DNA of 64,000 bases from Nitrospirota bacterium (GCA_963721805.1 CAVRJY010000001.1:1472001-1536000); one strand, 5' to 3'; counted from the first letter of the stretch, positions 33,718-46,517 are shown. Numbers and translations are program-made. The notes: a model not told the origin generated them from the sequence alone.

Positions 33718-34555
33718 GTCAAAACAGCTCATAAGGAAGCTCCTCACTCCGGTGACGATAATGCTCATCCCTCACACGAGCAGGCGCTCGCTGACTTTCA
33801 GCATTCCGAGCGTGCTCATCGCGGCGCTCCTGGCGTTCAGCCTCGTGGGGATGGCGTTCGTGGGCCTGCTGGCCAGAGACGCGGTGCTCTATAAGTCCAC
33901 CAAGCAGAAGCTGGACCACTATGACAGCGAGATTTCGGACCTGCAGTCGACGATCTCGGCCCTCAAATTGGCCGAGGCCGAATTCAGGCGGCTGTTTTCG
34001 AAGGGTACGAAGGAAGACGTCCTGGATAACCTTGACACGACCGACAGCGGCTCGGTCGACACCGACGTGCTCAAGGCCGAGATAGCCCGCAGCATCGAAT
34101 CCGTCGGCGAGATACGCGATTACCTGAGCCAGACGCGCGAGCTATACCGCGCCACCCCGATGGGAAGCCCGGTCGAAGACGGCCACATTACCTCGCCATA
34201 CGGCGAGCGCGTCAATCCGATCACCGGCGGGCCTGAGTTCCATTCCGGACTCGACATATCCACCGAACCGGGCACCCCGGTCTACGCCACGGCCGACGGC
34301 GTGGTGAGCTTCGCGGGCATGAGCTCGGGGGGTAACGGCAACCTCGTCGCGATCGAGCACGGCTTCGGATACGAGACCTATTTCGCGCATAACAGGCAGA
34401 TCGTAGTGAAGGTCGGACAGGTGGTCAAGCGCGGGGAGCTCATCTCGTATGTCGGTTCCACCGGAAGCTCCACCGGGCCGCACTGTCACTACGAGATATG
34501 GAAAGACGGCCGGAGCGTGGACCCGGCCAAATTCCTGGAGGCGAGGAGGTCATAG
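33710..34555 (+). CDS. M23 family peptidoglycan metallopeptidase
   Basis: TM + coiled coil, HSGLD, STGPHCHYE. Confidence 0.9.
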   Translation: MIKSKQLIRKLLTPVTIMLIPHTSRRSLTFSIPSVLIAALLAFSLVGMAFVGLLARDAVLYKSTKQKLDHYDSEISDLQSTISALKLAEAEFRRLFSKGTKEDVLDNLDTTDSGSVDTDVLKAEIARSIESVGEIRDYLSQTRELYRATPMGSPVEDGHITSPYGERVNPITGGPEFHSGLDISTEPGTPVYATADGVVSFAGMSSGGNGNLVAIEHGFGYETYFAHNRQIVVKVGQVVKRGELISYVGSTGSSTGPHCHYEIWKDGRSVDPAKFLEARRS

Positions 34556-34938
34556 TGTTTAAAAAGAGCGACAAGGTAGAGTCATTCATAGGCCGCAACA
34601 CCCGCCTGAGCGGTGAGCTCACGATGAAAGGCACGCTCAGGATCGACGGCATACTAGAAGGCAGCATAGAGGTCGAGAGCCTCGTGATGGGGCCCGGCTC
34701 GGTCCTGACCGGTGACGCCCGCGCAACGCGCGCGGTAATTGGCGGCGAGGTCAAGGGCGACATATACGCGGCCGAACTCGTAGAGATCAAGCAGACCGGC
34801 AAGGTCAGGGGCGATATAGCCACGACGAGGCTCATCATCGTCGAGGGCGGCACGATCGACGGGCTGGTCACGATGCGCAAGGACGAGTCGAAGATAGTGG
34901 AGCTCAGCCAGGAGAGGGCCCGCGCCCAGAGGGCATAG
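34555..34938 (+). CDS. bactofilin (polymer-forming cytoskeletal protein)
   Basis: LRIDG..EGSI, IGGEVKGDI beta-helix repeats; typical M23-bactofilin pairing. Confidence 0.88.
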   Translation: MFKKSDKVESFIGRNTRLSGELTMKGTLRIDGILEGSIEVESLVMGPGSVLTGDARATRAVIGGEVKGDIYAAELVEIKQTGKVRGDIATTRLIIVEGGTIDGLVTMRKDESKIVELSQERARAQRA

Positions 34939-34998
34939 GCCTCGCAAGGCTTCCGCAAGGATTTCACTTTTTTTATGTCTGTTTCTGGCTGTTCCTGA

Positions 34999-35088
34999 GG
35001 AGAGGTGGCTGAGCGGTTGAAGGCGGCGGTCTCGAAAACCGTTGTAGGGGTAACCCTACCGTGGGTTCAAATCCCACCCTCTCCGCCA
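34999..35088 (+). tRNA. tRNA-Ser (CGA), copy 1
   Basis: GGAGAGGTGGCTGAGCGG...CT-CGA-AA...long variable arm...GGTTCAAATCC...CCA. Confidence 0.93.
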
Positions 35089-35107
35089 TTTTACTGAAAC
35101 TCCGCAC

Positions 35108-36988
<1,881 letters not shown>

Positions 36989-37143
36989 TTCATCCCCCGC
37001 TGCGCCTTCGATCTACAGCTGCTATCTACAATCATATCAGGCTATAGGCGCAATTCCTACCCTGGCCCCGATTTCTTAGCCAGGCCGGCACCATGCGCAG
37101 CTGTTTGATTTTTGGGATTCCGGTATAGTATTGTCAAGATTCT

Positions 37144-37605
37144 GTGGACGACGCATTTTACATGGGGCTGGCGCTTGACGAGGCCGCCCTCGCCTTTGAC
37201 GAGGGTGAGGTCCCGGTCGGGGCCGTACTGGTCCTGGGCGACAGGATTATCGCCCGCGCCAGAAACGCCCGCGAGTCCACCGGGGACCCTACGGCGCACG
37301 CCGAGGTGCTCGTTATGCGGGCTGCGGCCGCGGGGGGAGAGGCCGGAGACGGCTGGCGGCTCGAGAAGACGACGCTATACGTTACCAAGGAGCCCTGCGT
37401 GATGTGCTCAGGCACGATGATCAACGCCAGGCTCGGCAGGCTGGTATTCGGGTGCTGGGACACGAAACGCGGCGCGGTAGAGAGCCTGTACCAGCTCCTC
37501 GGCGACCCGAGGCAGAACCACAGGGTGGACGTGACCTCCGGCGTGCGCGAAGAGGAATGTGCGGCGCTTTTAAAGAGGTTTTTTCAGATGAGGAGAGGTG
37601 GCTGA
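37144..37605 (+). CDS. tadA: tRNA adenosine(34) deaminase
   Basis: EVPVGA, DPTAHAE, EPCVMC; stop codon lies inside the following tRNA gene. Confidence 0.92.
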   Translation: MDDAFYMGLALDEAALAFDEGEVPVGAVLVLGDRIIARARNARESTGDPTAHAEVLVMRAAAAGGEAGDGWRLEKTTLYVTKEPCVMCSGTMINARLGRLVFGCWDTKRGAVESLYQLLGDPRQNHRVDVTSGVREEECAALLKRFFQMRRGG

Positions 37606-37681
37606 GCGGTTGAAGGCGGCGGTCTCGAAAACCGTTGTAGGGGTAACCCTACCGTGGGTTCAAATCCCACCCTCTCCGCCA
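37592..37681 (+). tRNA. tRNA-Ser (CGA), copy 2, identical to 34999..35088
   Basis: Base-for-base identical sequence. Confidence 0.93.
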
Positions 37682-37773
37682 TTTTTCTTTCTGAATTATC
37701 GGCATCCAAAGCCCGCAGCCTTCCATATCCGTACGCCTGCGGCAACTCAGCCCTGTATGCTCACCGCACGCCT

Positions 37774-39294
37774 TCAGGGCGATTGCGGCCCTGCCCTCCT
37801 GGTAAAAACCCCGGATAGGCGATCTGCATAGCTTAGCCGCCAGCCCTTCGAGGCCAGCAGGTATCGGTAAAGCGGATAGTTTTCATTGGTAAAAGGGTTT
37901 ACCGGGGGCATGATGACAGTATTTATCCGGTACTTTTCAAGCAGCCGGTCCGCATTGTCCGTATCCCACAGCATGTGGGTATAATCATAAAACGCCTCGG
38001 TATTGAGCACCCTGCCGTCGATAAACACCTTATATCTCGGGTAAAGGGTCCACATCAAGTACCCGCCCCAATCATAGTGGTTGAATATATTGCCTGAGAC
38101 CCCGTTGTCCAGCATGTATTGCGCCGCCCCGCGGGGGTATAAGTTCCAGGCCACGGGGGTCCTTATTGCCGCAAGAAGAGTCGTGTTCAGATTCAGGATG
38201 CTGAATACGGCCAGCCCCAGGACTATCGCAGCCGTGGCTGCCGCTTTGGCCGCCCTGTTGAAATCCCGGATCGAGCCGTGCAGGTATGCCGCAACCAGTG
38301 GCGCGGTCGAACAGACGAAGAACGGGATGTACCTATAGGCCTTGAGGCTGATAGCGGCAGTAAACGCGATCAATAGGAGATGCCGCAACTCCATCTTGAA
38401 CCTCGTCCTTAGGGCCACCGCGATAACCAGCAGGAAATATGCGGCATACGCTGCGACGTTGCCGTGATGCTTCAGGGCATACTCCATGGGCGGCATGTAC
38501 TCCGAGACCTTGCCCTGCAATCCGGAGCCCTCGAACATCAACAGCTCGGAATACGGCCTGTAAGTGTTCGGATTAACAAAGGTGAGCGCAATGGAGAAGG
38601 CCAGCAAAGCGATATATCGCGCCCTGAGAGGGTTTTCTGCCGGGCGCTCCCTGAACCATTGCACCGCCTCGGCCAAGAGGTATATCGATACGAAGACGCT
38701 GCCGATCATGAATCCCCTGTGGAGGTTCGCCCAAAGGACCATCACGGCATACAATGCCGCCACGGACGGCGGATGGATCGACCCTTCCCTGTACTTCCGG
38801 TGGATGGATTCGAGGGCCACGACCAGCGCGCATGAAAGCAGGAATGAAAACTCTTGCGGCCTGAGCGCGGTATATCCCATGAGGGTGAACCCCGCGATCA
38901 CCGTCACGGCGATCCCGCTGGTGAAACCCGCCCCGCTGCGGCGGCAGCCGGCCATTATCATGAGCAGGACCGCTGAAAGCAGCAGCGCGTTATAGGCGAT
39001 CAGGCCGTAATACCCGAGGCCCGCATATACGGCATACATAAGTACCTGCGCCATCCAGTAACCATTCAAGATTACCTGCCTGTTGCCAGCGGTATCCACA
39101 GGCGGGTAGCTAAACGGGTCTGTGGCGGGAATCAGGGAGCGGCTCTCTGAGATGTACCTGCCCGAGGCGAGGTGCCACCACGTGTCGGCGTCCCATAGCG
39201 GACGGCAGAAATTAACGGCGAACAAAAGCAGAACGCCGACCAACAGTATTCTTTTATAAGGCATGCCTTTTAAGCCCTTCCCACCCGGCATCAT
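37774..39294 (-). CDS. polytopic membrane protein, possible GT-C fold glycosyltransferase
   Basis: DADTWWHLASG after TM1, RPQ and WANLH motifs, many TMs, C-terminal FNHYDWGGYL...FIDGR domain. Confidence 0.6.
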   Translation of the reverse strand: MMPGGKGLKGMPYKRILLVGVLLLFAVNFCRPLWDADTWWHLASGRYISESRSLIPATDPFSYPPVDTAGNRQVILNGYWMAQVLMYAVYAGLGYYGLIAYNALLLSAVLLMIMAGCRRSGAGFTSGIAVTVIAGFTLMGYTALRPQEFSFLLSCALVVALESIHRKYREGSIHPPSVAALYAVMVLWANLHRGFMIGSVFVSIYLLAEAVQWFRERPAENPLRARYIALLAFSIALTFVNPNTYRPYSELLMFEGSGLQGKVSEYMPPMEYALKHHGNVAAYAAYFLLVIAVALRTRFKMELRHLLLIAFTAAISLKAYRYIPFFVCSTAPLVAAYLHGSIRDFNRAAKAAATAAIVLGLAVFSILNLNTTLLAAIRTPVAWNLYPRGAAQYMLDNGVSGNIFNHYDWGGYLMWTLYPRYKVFIDGRVLNTEAFYDYTHMLWDTDNADRLLEKYRINTVIMPPVNPFTNENYPLYRYLLASKGWRLSYADRLSGVFTRRAGPQSP

Positions 39295-39347
39295 ATTGCA
39301 CAGCCTTCCGTCTTGCTATATAGTAACATCAGTGGAGGACACCGGAC

Positions 39348-39923
39348 ATGGGCAAGATCAAGGGAAGCAAGACCGAGCGTAACCTGCTCAAGTCGTTTTC
39401 GGGTGAGAGCCAGGCCCGCAACCGCTACACGTACTTCGCGGGCGCTGCGCGCAAAGAGGGCTACATGCAGATCGCGGAGATTTTCGAGGAGACCGCGAAC
39501 CAGGAAAAGGAGCACGCCAAGCGCTTCTTCCAGTTCCTTGAAGGCGGAGACCTTGAGGTAACCGCCAGCTTTCCTGCCGGGCAGATCGGGACGACCGCCG
39601 AAAACCTCCTCGCGGCCGCTATCGGCGAGCACGAGGAGCACACTACACTGTACCCGGCGTTCGCGGACGTCGCGGACGAAGAAGGCTTACCCGCATTAGC
39701 GGCACTCTGGAGGGCTGTTTCCGTGGCCGAGCGCAATCACGACAGGCGTTACCGCGCACTGCTGGACAATATAGAAAGCGGACGCGTCTTCAAGCGCGAG
39801 GGCGAGGTGAGCTGGCGGTGCCGCAACTGCGGTTACGTCCACAGCGGCCCGGAAGCGCCCGAGCAGTGCCCGGCCTGCGCCCATCCGAAGGCATACTACG
39901 AACTGTACGGCGAGAACTGGTAA
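39348..39923 (+). CDS. rbr: rubrerythrin
   Basis: GESQARNRY, EKEHA, C-terminal CRNCG...CPAC rubredoxin-like site. Confidence 0.92.
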   Translation: MGKIKGSKTERNLLKSFSGESQARNRYTYFAGAARKEGYMQIAEIFEETANQEKEHAKRFFQFLEGGDLEVTASFPAGQIGTTAENLLAAAIGEHEEHTTLYPAFADVADEEGLPALAALWRAVSVAERNHDRRYRALLDNIESGRVFKREGEVSWRCRNCGYVHSGPEAPEQCPACAHPKAYYELYGENW

Positions 39924-40049
39924 TAGTTCGTTGCAAATTCTCGCTGCGCCCGGATTTGCAACGGATACGGCTACTGAGGGCAGACTATTGGACGCTGCTC
40001 CGAGACACGGCGGTCTGTCCGATATCTCCCATGCGGGGTCTTAAACAGA

Positions 40050-40739
40050 TTAAACCGTCTTGAGCCTGTAGCCCACGCCCGGTTCGTTGATGAAGTAGCG
40101 CGGGCGCGCCGGGTCGGGTTCCAGCTTGTGGCGGAGCTGCGCCATGTATATCCTCAGGTAATGGGTCTGGTTGACGTAGGCCGGGCCCCAGACCTCCCTC
40201 ATAAGCTGTCCGTGCGTGATGACCTTCCCGGCGTGGCGCACCAGCACCGAGAGCAGCTTGTATTCCGTTGGGGTCAGGTGCACCTCGGCCTCATCGACCT
40301 TGACGCGGCGCATCGCAAGGTCCACCGTGATGCCGCCCAGGATGAAGACCGACTCCTCCCCGGGGCTCGGCGTACCTGCATGGCGCAGGGCCACGCGGAT
40401 CCTGGCAAGCAGCTCCCCCGCACCGAACGGCTTGGTGAGGTAATCGTCGGCCCCGGCGTCGAGGGCCTTGACCTTGTCGTCCTCCTGCCCGCGCGCAGAG
40501 AGCACGATGACCGGCACCGTGCTCCACTCGCGGAGCTTCTTCGCGACCTCGATCCCGTCGAAGTCCGGGAGGCCCAAATCCAAGAGCACGACCGAGGGGT
40601 TTTTCCCGGCAGCCTCCCTTAGGCCATCCTCGCCCGTGGCGGCCTCGATCAGCCTGTAGCCCTCGCCCTGCAGCGTGATCCGCAGGAACCGGCGCATCTG
40701 AGGCTCGTCCTCGATCAGCAGTATAAGCTCGCCGGTCAC
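40050..40739 (-). CDS. kdpE: response regulator KdpE
   Basis: REC + winged helix (HLTPTEY, YLRIYMAQLRHKLE.DP); GTGA overlap with kdpD. Confidence 0.93.
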   Translation of the reverse strand: MTGELILLIEDEPQMRRFLRITLQGEGYRLIEAATGEDGLREAAGKNPSVVLLDLGLPDFDGIEVAKKLREWSTVPVIVLSARGQEDDKVKALDAGADDYLTKPFGAGELLARIRVALRHAGTPSPGEESVFILGGITVDLAMRRVKVDEAEVHLTPTEYKLLSVLVRHAGKVITHGQLMREVWGPAYVNQTHYLRIYMAQLRHKLEPDPARPRYFINEPGVGYRLKTV

Positions 40740-43441
40740 TGCTCTTCCTCCTCTATGGCCGGCTGCGGCCCCTCTATCGGCAGGGTGAAGCGGAAGGCCG
40801 CTCCCCCGGTCGCACGGTTCTCGGCCCATATGCGGCCGCCGTGGGTCGCAATGATCGCCCGGCTGATCGCGAGCCCGAGCCCGATGCCGCCGCCGGGTCC
40901 GGCGCTGTGCACGAACTTGTCGAATATCCTCTCCTCCGAGCCGGGCGTGAGGCCCGGCCCCCGGTCCGCGATCTTGACGACCACGGAGCCGTCCTTCACC
41001 TCGGCCGAGATCTCAAGCGGCGAGCCCTCAGGCGTATACTTAAGCGCATTATCGAGGATGTTCATGAACACCTGTTCTATGAGCAGGGGGTCGAACCTTA
41101 CGAGAGGCAGGTCGCCGGGAATGGATACAGCCACGGGACGCGCGGAGAGCTTATCGGCGATCCGGTTTAAGGCAACGCCGGCTATCTCCTCGATCGAGCC
41201 CCACTCCTTCTTGATCGTGAGCCCCTTGGCCTCGAGCCGGGTCATGTCAAGCACGTTTCGGATGATGAGGTTCAGGTGCTCGGCCTCCTCGTAGATCGTC
41301 TCTGTTAGCTCGCGCTTTGCGTGGTCGTCAAGCACCGCGTGCTGCTCAAGCAGCGTGGTCGCCGCTCCGGTGATCGCCGCAAGCGGGGTGCGCAGGTCGT
41401 GTGAGACCGAGCTGAGCATAGTATTTCTGAGTTCCTCGGTCTCGGCCTTGAGCAGGGCCTGCTGGGCCTCCTCGGCCAGAAACGCGCGCTCGATGGCCAT
41501 CGCGGTCTGGTTGGCGAAGCTCTCGATCGCGTGTATCTGCTCGTGGTCGAACGCGCCGGCCGATCCCGGCGGGCATATGCCGATCACTCCCACGGTCTTC
41601 CCCGACGAGGTCAGCGGCAGGTAGAGCGCCTTGGCGCCGGGCAGCGTGTCGGTGCCGAGCCCGGCGCGCTGGCGGTGGTCGAACGTCCAGCGGGCCACGC
41701 TCGATTCCCTCTGGTCGTCAGCGAAGTTGTTCGGGCCGGAATAGACCTCCTTCATCGAGCCGGAGGGCTCCGGGATCATGATGACTACGTCGCTGGAAAA
41801 CAGCTCGCTTATGTGTTTGATCGCGGCGGCGCTCAGCCGCTCGAAACCTCGCTCGTGCAGGAGTTCGCGGCTGAGGCTGTAGAGCGCCGAGGTGCTGCGC
41901 TCGCGGCCACGAGCGGCGTCCGCCTGCTGCCGTATGCGCAGCGTCAGAGAGCTTATCACCAGCGCCACGATTATCATGACGAGAAACGTAAAGACGAACC
42001 GCACGTCGCTTACCGCGAACGTGAGATACGGAGGCACGAAGAAAAAGTCGAACGAGGCCACGCCCAGGAGCACCGCGAGCACCGAGGGCCCGCGCGCAGC
42101 ATAGCTCGATACCACGACCACGCCGAGGAGGTATACCATCGCCAGGTCCACGAGGGTCACGAAGGGGTTGATTACGTAGCCAAGCGCGGTGCAAACGGCC
42201 GCGCTCCCGATGCTCAGCATCAGGTCACGCGCGCTCCAACGCCACTTCCTGCCGAGCATCCCCGACCCGATCGGCGGCAGGGCCTCGGCGGCCTCACCGG
42301 TGATCACGTATACGTCGATGTTGCCGCTGCCCCTTACGATATCGTCCAGCGGCGAGCCGTGGAGCCTGTCTTTCCACCTCGCGTGCGTGGGCTTGCCGAT
42401 CACGATCTTGGTAACGTTTCGGGTGCGGGCGTACTTCAGTATCTCGTCGCTGGCCTTGTGGCCCGAGAGCGTCACGGTCTCGGCCCCGAGGCTCTCGGCG
42501 AGCCTCATGTGCTCCGCAAGCCTCCGGAGGTCGTCCTCCGAGGGCTTGATCGTCGACGGGGCCTCGATGTTCACGGCCATCCAGTCGGCCTTAAGCCCTG
42601 CGGCCATGCGCTTGGCCGCGCGTATCAGACGGATCGAGCGGGGGTTCGGCCCGACGCATACCATGATGCGCTCCCCGGCCGGCCAGACCTCCTGCACGCC
42701 CTTGCGCTCGCGGTAATCCTGCATCTGCTCGTCCACGCGCTCAGCGGTGCGCCGCAGCGCGAGTTCTCGAAGCGCGAGCAGGTTGCCGGTGCGGAAGAAG
42801 TTCTCCCGGGCGCGCTCGGCGAGTTCGGCAACGTAGACCTTGCCCTCCCTCAGACGCTGCAGCAGGGCGTCCGGCGGCAGGTCTATCAGCTCTATCTCGT
42901 CCGCGCGCTCCAGGATGAAATCAGGCACCGTCTCGCGCACCGTTACGCCGGTGATCTGGGCCACGATGTCGTTGAGGCTCTCGAGGTGCTGGACGTTCAG
43001 GGTGGCGTATACGTTTATGCCGGCTGAGAGGAGCTCGAACACGTCCTGCCAGCGCTTCTTGTGGCGGGTGCCGGGGGCGTTGGTGTGCGCGAGCTCGTCG
43101 ATCAGGATCAGCGAGGGCTTGCGGGCGAGCGCCCCGTCAAGGTCGAACTCCCGAAGCACAGCGCCGCTGTACTCTATCTGCTTGCGCGGCAGCACCTCGA
43201 GGCCGGCGGTGAGGGCCACGGTCTCGGCGCGGCCGTGGGTCTCGACTATGCCGATCAGGACGTCGACCGACTCGGCGAGCCTCTGTCTGGCGGCGCTCAG
43301 CATGGCGTACGTCTTGCCGACGCCGGGGGCCGCGCCGAAGAAGACCTTAAGCCTGCCTTCGCGGGCGCGGTCTTCGTCGACCCTTATCTGGGCCAGCAGT
43401 TCATCCGGGCTGGGGCGTCGCTGTTCATCCATCGGCATCAC
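40736..43441 (-). CDS. kdpD: sensor histidine kinase KdpD
   Basis: GAAPGVGKTYAML, DELAHTN, USP domain, 4 TMs, GAF, SHDLRTPL. Confidence 0.96.
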   Translation of the reverse strand: MMPMDEQRRPSPDELLAQIRVDEDRAREGRLKVFFGAAPGVGKTYAMLSAARQRLAESVDVLIGIVETHGRAETVALTAGLEVLPRKQIEYSGAVLREFDLDGALARKPSLILIDELAHTNAPGTRHKKRWQDVFELLSAGINVYATLNVQHLESLNDIVAQITGVTVRETVPDFILERADEIELIDLPPDALLQRLREGKVYVAELAERARENFFRTGNLLALRELALRRTAERVDEQMQDYRERKGVQEVWPAGERIMVCVGPNPRSIRLIRAAKRMAAGLKADWMAVNIEAPSTIKPSEDDLRRLAEHMRLAESLGAETVTLSGHKASDEILKYARTRNVTKIVIGKPTHARWKDRLHGSPLDDIVRGSGNIDVYVITGEAAEALPPIGSGMLGRKWRWSARDLMLSIGSAAVCTALGYVINPFVTLVDLAMVYLLGVVVVSSYAARGPSVLAVLLGVASFDFFFVPPYLTFAVSDVRFVFTFLVMIIVALVISSLTLRIRQQADAARGRERSTSALYSLSRELLHERGFERLSAAAIKHISELFSSDVVIMIPEPSGSMKEVYSGPNNFADDQRESSVARWTFDHRQRAGLGTDTLPGAKALYLPLTSSGKTVGVIGICPPGSAGAFDHEQIHAIESFANQTAMAIERAFLAEEAQQALLKAETEELRNTMLSSVSHDLRTPLAAITGAATTLLEQHAVLDDHAKRELTETIYEEAEHLNLIIRNVLDMTRLEAKGLTIKKEWGSIEEIAGVALNRIADKLSARPVAVSIPGDLPLVRFDPLLIEQVFMNILDNALKYTPEGSPLEISAEVKDGSVVVKIADRGPGLTPGSEERIFDKFVHSAGPGGGIGLGLAISRAIIATHGGRIWAENRATGGAAFRFTLPIEGPQPAIEEEEQ

Positions 43442-43468
43442 CGTAAATTATAACAGTTGCCTCCCGAA

Positions 43469-43849
43469 TCACTCGCTGCATACGTCCACCGTGATCACGA
43501 TGCCGGAGGCCTTCCCTTTCCTCGCGATGTCTCCCGTCTTGATCTCGCCGTCCATGACCTCGGCCTTTATGTAATAATCCCCGGCGTAAGACAAGATCCT
43601 GATCCTGCCGGTCTGACTGGTCGCACAGGTCTGGTCGGTGCGGTAGACGGACAGCGTATCGCCGATATGCATGGCCTCTCTGGCGTCGTCCGTGCCGCCA
43701 TAGAACAGATACACCGCGTCGCCCTGCTTACGCGTCTCGGCCTTCTCTAGATGGTGAAATATCCGTGGCTGGTATGAGGCTGCTATGGCAGTCGCGGCCA
43801 GGCCGAATGCGAGGACAATCACCATCAGACCGATCATACCGCGTTTCAT
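43469..43849 (-). CDS. exported hypothetical protein inside the kdp cluster
   Basis: Signal peptide MKRGMIGLMVIVLAFGLAATAIA; beta-rich body with two Cys; 9 bp after kdpC. Confidence 0.75.
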   Translation of the reverse strand: MKRGMIGLMVIVLAFGLAATAIAASYQPRIFHHLEKAETRKQGDAVYLFYGGTDDAREAMHIGDTLSVYRTDQTCATSQTGRIRILSYAGDYYIKAEVMDGEIKTGDIARKGKASGIVITVDVCSE

Positions 43850-43858
43850 GTCTTCCCC

Positions 43859-44428
43859 TTACCGCCCGTCCAGGGCGAGGTTGAGCTTGAGCACGTTTAC
43901 TCCCGGCTCGCCGAGCAGCCCGAGGAACCGTCCATCCGTATTCTTCTGGATCAGCTCCCGCAGCCTTGCCTCGTCGATGCCCCTCGCCTTTGCGACACGC
44001 GAGATCTGGTATTCGGCCGCTGCGGGACTTATGTGCGGATCGAGCCCGCTTGCCGATGCCGTGACTAGGTCCACGGGGATCGAGTTTGCATTGTTCGGGT
44101 CGGCGGCCTTGAGCGCGGCGACCCTCTGCTTTACCGCGTCGATGAGCGCGGGGTTGGACTGCCCCATATTCGAGCCGGACGATGACCCTGCGTTATACGG
44201 GTATGGCCCGGTGGCCGAGGGGCGGCCCCAGAAGTGCCCCGGGTCGGTGAACGGCTGCCCTATGAGCGCCGAGCCTACAGTTACGGAGTTCGATACGATC
44301 ATGCTCCCGTTTGCCTGCGAAGGGAAGGCGACCTGCGCTATCGCGGTGACCGCGAGGGGGTATATTATGCCGGTCAGGACGGTGAGGACCGCCAGCGCGA
44401 TCAGTGAGGTCAATATCGTGCGTGTCAT
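43859..44428 (-). CDS. kdpC: K+-transporting ATPase subunit C
   Basis: [36 protein letters not shown]. Confidence 0.96.
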   Translation of the reverse strand: MTRTILTSLIALAVLTVLTGIIYPLAVTAIAQVAFPSQANGSMIVSNSVTVGSALIGQPFTDPGHFWGRPSATGPYPYNAGSSSGSNMGQSNPALIDAVKQRVAALKAADPNNANSIPVDLVTASASGLDPHISPAAAEYQISRVAKARGIDEARLRELIQKNTDGRFLGLLGEPGVNVLKLNLALDGR

Positions 44429-44441
44429 GTATCTGTCTCCT

Positions 44442-46517
44442 TTAGACTATGTGCAGTGCGCCGATTATCATGTCTATGGCCTTGATCCCGATAAACGGGA
44501 CTATAAGCCCGCCCAGGCCGTAGATGAGGATGTTGTCACGGAGCATCACGCCCGCCTCGACCGCGCGGTACTTCACGCCCCTCAAAGACAGCGGGATCAG
44601 GCAGACGATTATCAGGGCGTTGAATATCACGGCCGAGAGAATCGCGCTTTGGGGCGTGGCCAGGTGCATCACGTTGAGTTTTCCGAGCGCAGGGTATGTC
44701 GCTACGAACGCGGCCGGGAGTATCGCGAAGTACTTGGCCACGTCGTTTGAGATGCTAAACGTGGTGAGCGTCCCGCGCGTCATCAGGAGCTGCTTTCCGA
44801 TCTCGACGATCTCGATGAGCTTGGTCGGGTTCGAATCGAGGTCGACCATGTTGCCGGCCTCTTTCGCGGCCTGTGTTCCGGTGTTCATCGCCACAGCGAC
44901 GTCGGCCTGGGCGAGCGCCGGGGCGTCGTTGGTGCCGTCGCCGGTCATGGCCACGAGCCGCCCCCCTGCCTGGTGCTCGCGTATGAGCTTGAGCTTGGCC
45001 TCGGGCGTTGCCTGAGCGAGGAAGTCGTCCACCCCCGCCTCGGCCGCTATGGCCGCCGCGGTAAGCGGGTTGTCGCCCGTTATCATCACGGTCCTGATGC
45101 CCATGCGCCTGAGTTCCGCGAACCGCTCCCTGATCCCGCCCTTTACGATATCGTTAAGCCTGATCGTGCCGAGCACGCGCCTGCCCTCGGCCACAACCAA
45201 GGGAGTAGCGCCTTCACGGGCGATATCGTCAACCGCGCTTCGGACTTCGGGAGGGAAGTGGCCGCCTAATTTTTTCACGTACTCCTCGACCGCGTCGGCC
45301 GCGCCCTTGCGGACCTCGCGGCCGCCCAAATTCACGCCGCTCATTCTCGTATTCGCCGAAAACGGAACGAGCGTGGCGTCAAGCGCCAATATGTCGCGCT
45401 CGCGGATATCGAACCTCTCTTTAGCCAGAACTACGATGCTCCGGCCTTCCGGGGTCTCGTCCGAGAGCGACGAGAGCTGCGCTGCATCGGCCAGAGCCCT
45501 TTCGTCGACGCCGCGTGCTGGGATGAATGCCGTGGCCTGCCTGTTTCCCAGCGTGATCGTGCCGGTCTTGTCCAGAAGCAGGACGTCCACGTCACCGGCG
45601 GCCTCGACCGCGCGGCCCGACATCGCTATCACGTTTGCCTGTATCATGCGGTCCATCCCGGCTATGCCGATAGAGGAGAGCAGCCCGCCTATCGTGGTCG
45701 GGATCAGGCATACGAGCAGCGCGGCGAGGGTGGTGATCGTCACCGGGCTGCCCTGCCCCGCCGCCTTTACGCTGAAGAGCGAAAACGGCAGGAGCGTGGC
45801 CGTCGCAAGCAGGAATATGATCGTGAGCCCGGCCAGCAGGATATCGAGCGCGATCTCGTTTGGGGTCTTTTGGCGCTTCGCGCCCTCGACCATCGAGATC
45901 ATGCGGTCCAGGAACGCCTCGCCCGGATTGGCCGTGACCCTGAGGATGAGCCAGTCGGAGAGCACCATCGTGCCGCCGGTCACGGCGCTTCGGTCCCCGC
46001 CGCTTTCGCGTATCACGGGGGCGCTCTCGCCGGTTATCGCGCTTTCGTTGACTGAGGCCACGCCCACGATGACCTCGCCGTCGCCGGGTATGACGTCTCC
46101 GGTCTCGGCGAGCACGATGTCGCCCCTCTTGAGGCTCGACGATGGCACGAGCTTGACCTTCGCCTTGGGGTCAGGCCGGTCGAGCACCTTGGCGTTGATG
46201 TCCTTGCGCGAGCCCCTGAGCGCATCGGCCTGGGCCTTGCCCCGGCCCTCGGCCATCGACTCGGCGAAGTTCGCAAATAGGACGGTGAACCACAGCCACA
46301 GCGAGACTGACAATATGAAGGCCGGAGATTCCGCGCCGCCTCGCACGAAAAGCGACTGGACATACAGGGCGGTGGTAAGCAGGCTTCCGGTCTCGACCAC
46401 AAACATTACCGGTTTTCTGAGCTGATAGCGCGGGTTGAGCTTTATAAACGACTCAATGACCGCCCGCCGCACTATTGCGGGCTCAAAGAGCGGGCGCGTT
46501 TTCTCTTTTCTGGACAT
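44442..46517 (-). CDS. kdpB: K+-transporting ATPase subunit B
   Basis: [27 protein letters not shown]. Confidence 0.97.
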   Translation of the reverse strand: MSRKEKTRPLFEPAIVRRAVIESFIKLNPRYQLRKPVMFVVETGSLLTTALYVQSLFVRGGAESPAFILSVSLWLWFTVLFANFAESMAEGRGKAQADALRGSRKDINAKVLDRPDPKAKVKLVPSSSLKRGDIVLAETGDVIPGDGEVIVGVASVNESAITGESAPVIRESGGDRSAVTGGTMVLSDWLILRVTANPGEAFLDRMISMVEGAKRQKTPNEIALDILLAGLTIIFLLATATLLPFSLFSVKAAGQGSPVTITTLAALLVCLIPTTIGGLLSSIGIAGMDRMIQANVIAMSGRAVEAAGDVDVLLLDKTGTITLGNRQATAFIPARGVDERALADAAQLSSLSDETPEGRSIVVLAKERFDIRERDILALDATLVPFSANTRMSGVNLGGREVRKGAADAVEEYVKKLGGHFPPEVRSAVDDIAREGATPLVVAEGRRVLGTIRLNDIVKGGIRERFAELRRMGIRTVMITGDNPLTAAAIAAEAGVDDFLAQATPEAKLKLIREHQAGGRLVAMTGDGTNDAPALAQADVAVAMNTGTQAAKEAGNMVDLDSNPTKLIEIVEIGKQLLMTRGTLTTFSISNDVAKYFAILPAAFVATYPALGKLNVMHLATPQSAILSAVIFNALIIVCLIPLSLRGVKYRAVEAGVMLRDNILIYGLGGLIVPFIGIKAIDMIIGALHIV

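Noticed and set aside
41531..46425. Long antisense ORFs (41531..43027, 45049..46425 and similar elsewhere)
   Set aside because: Shadow frames of high-GC genes on the opposite strand, with no recognisable motifs
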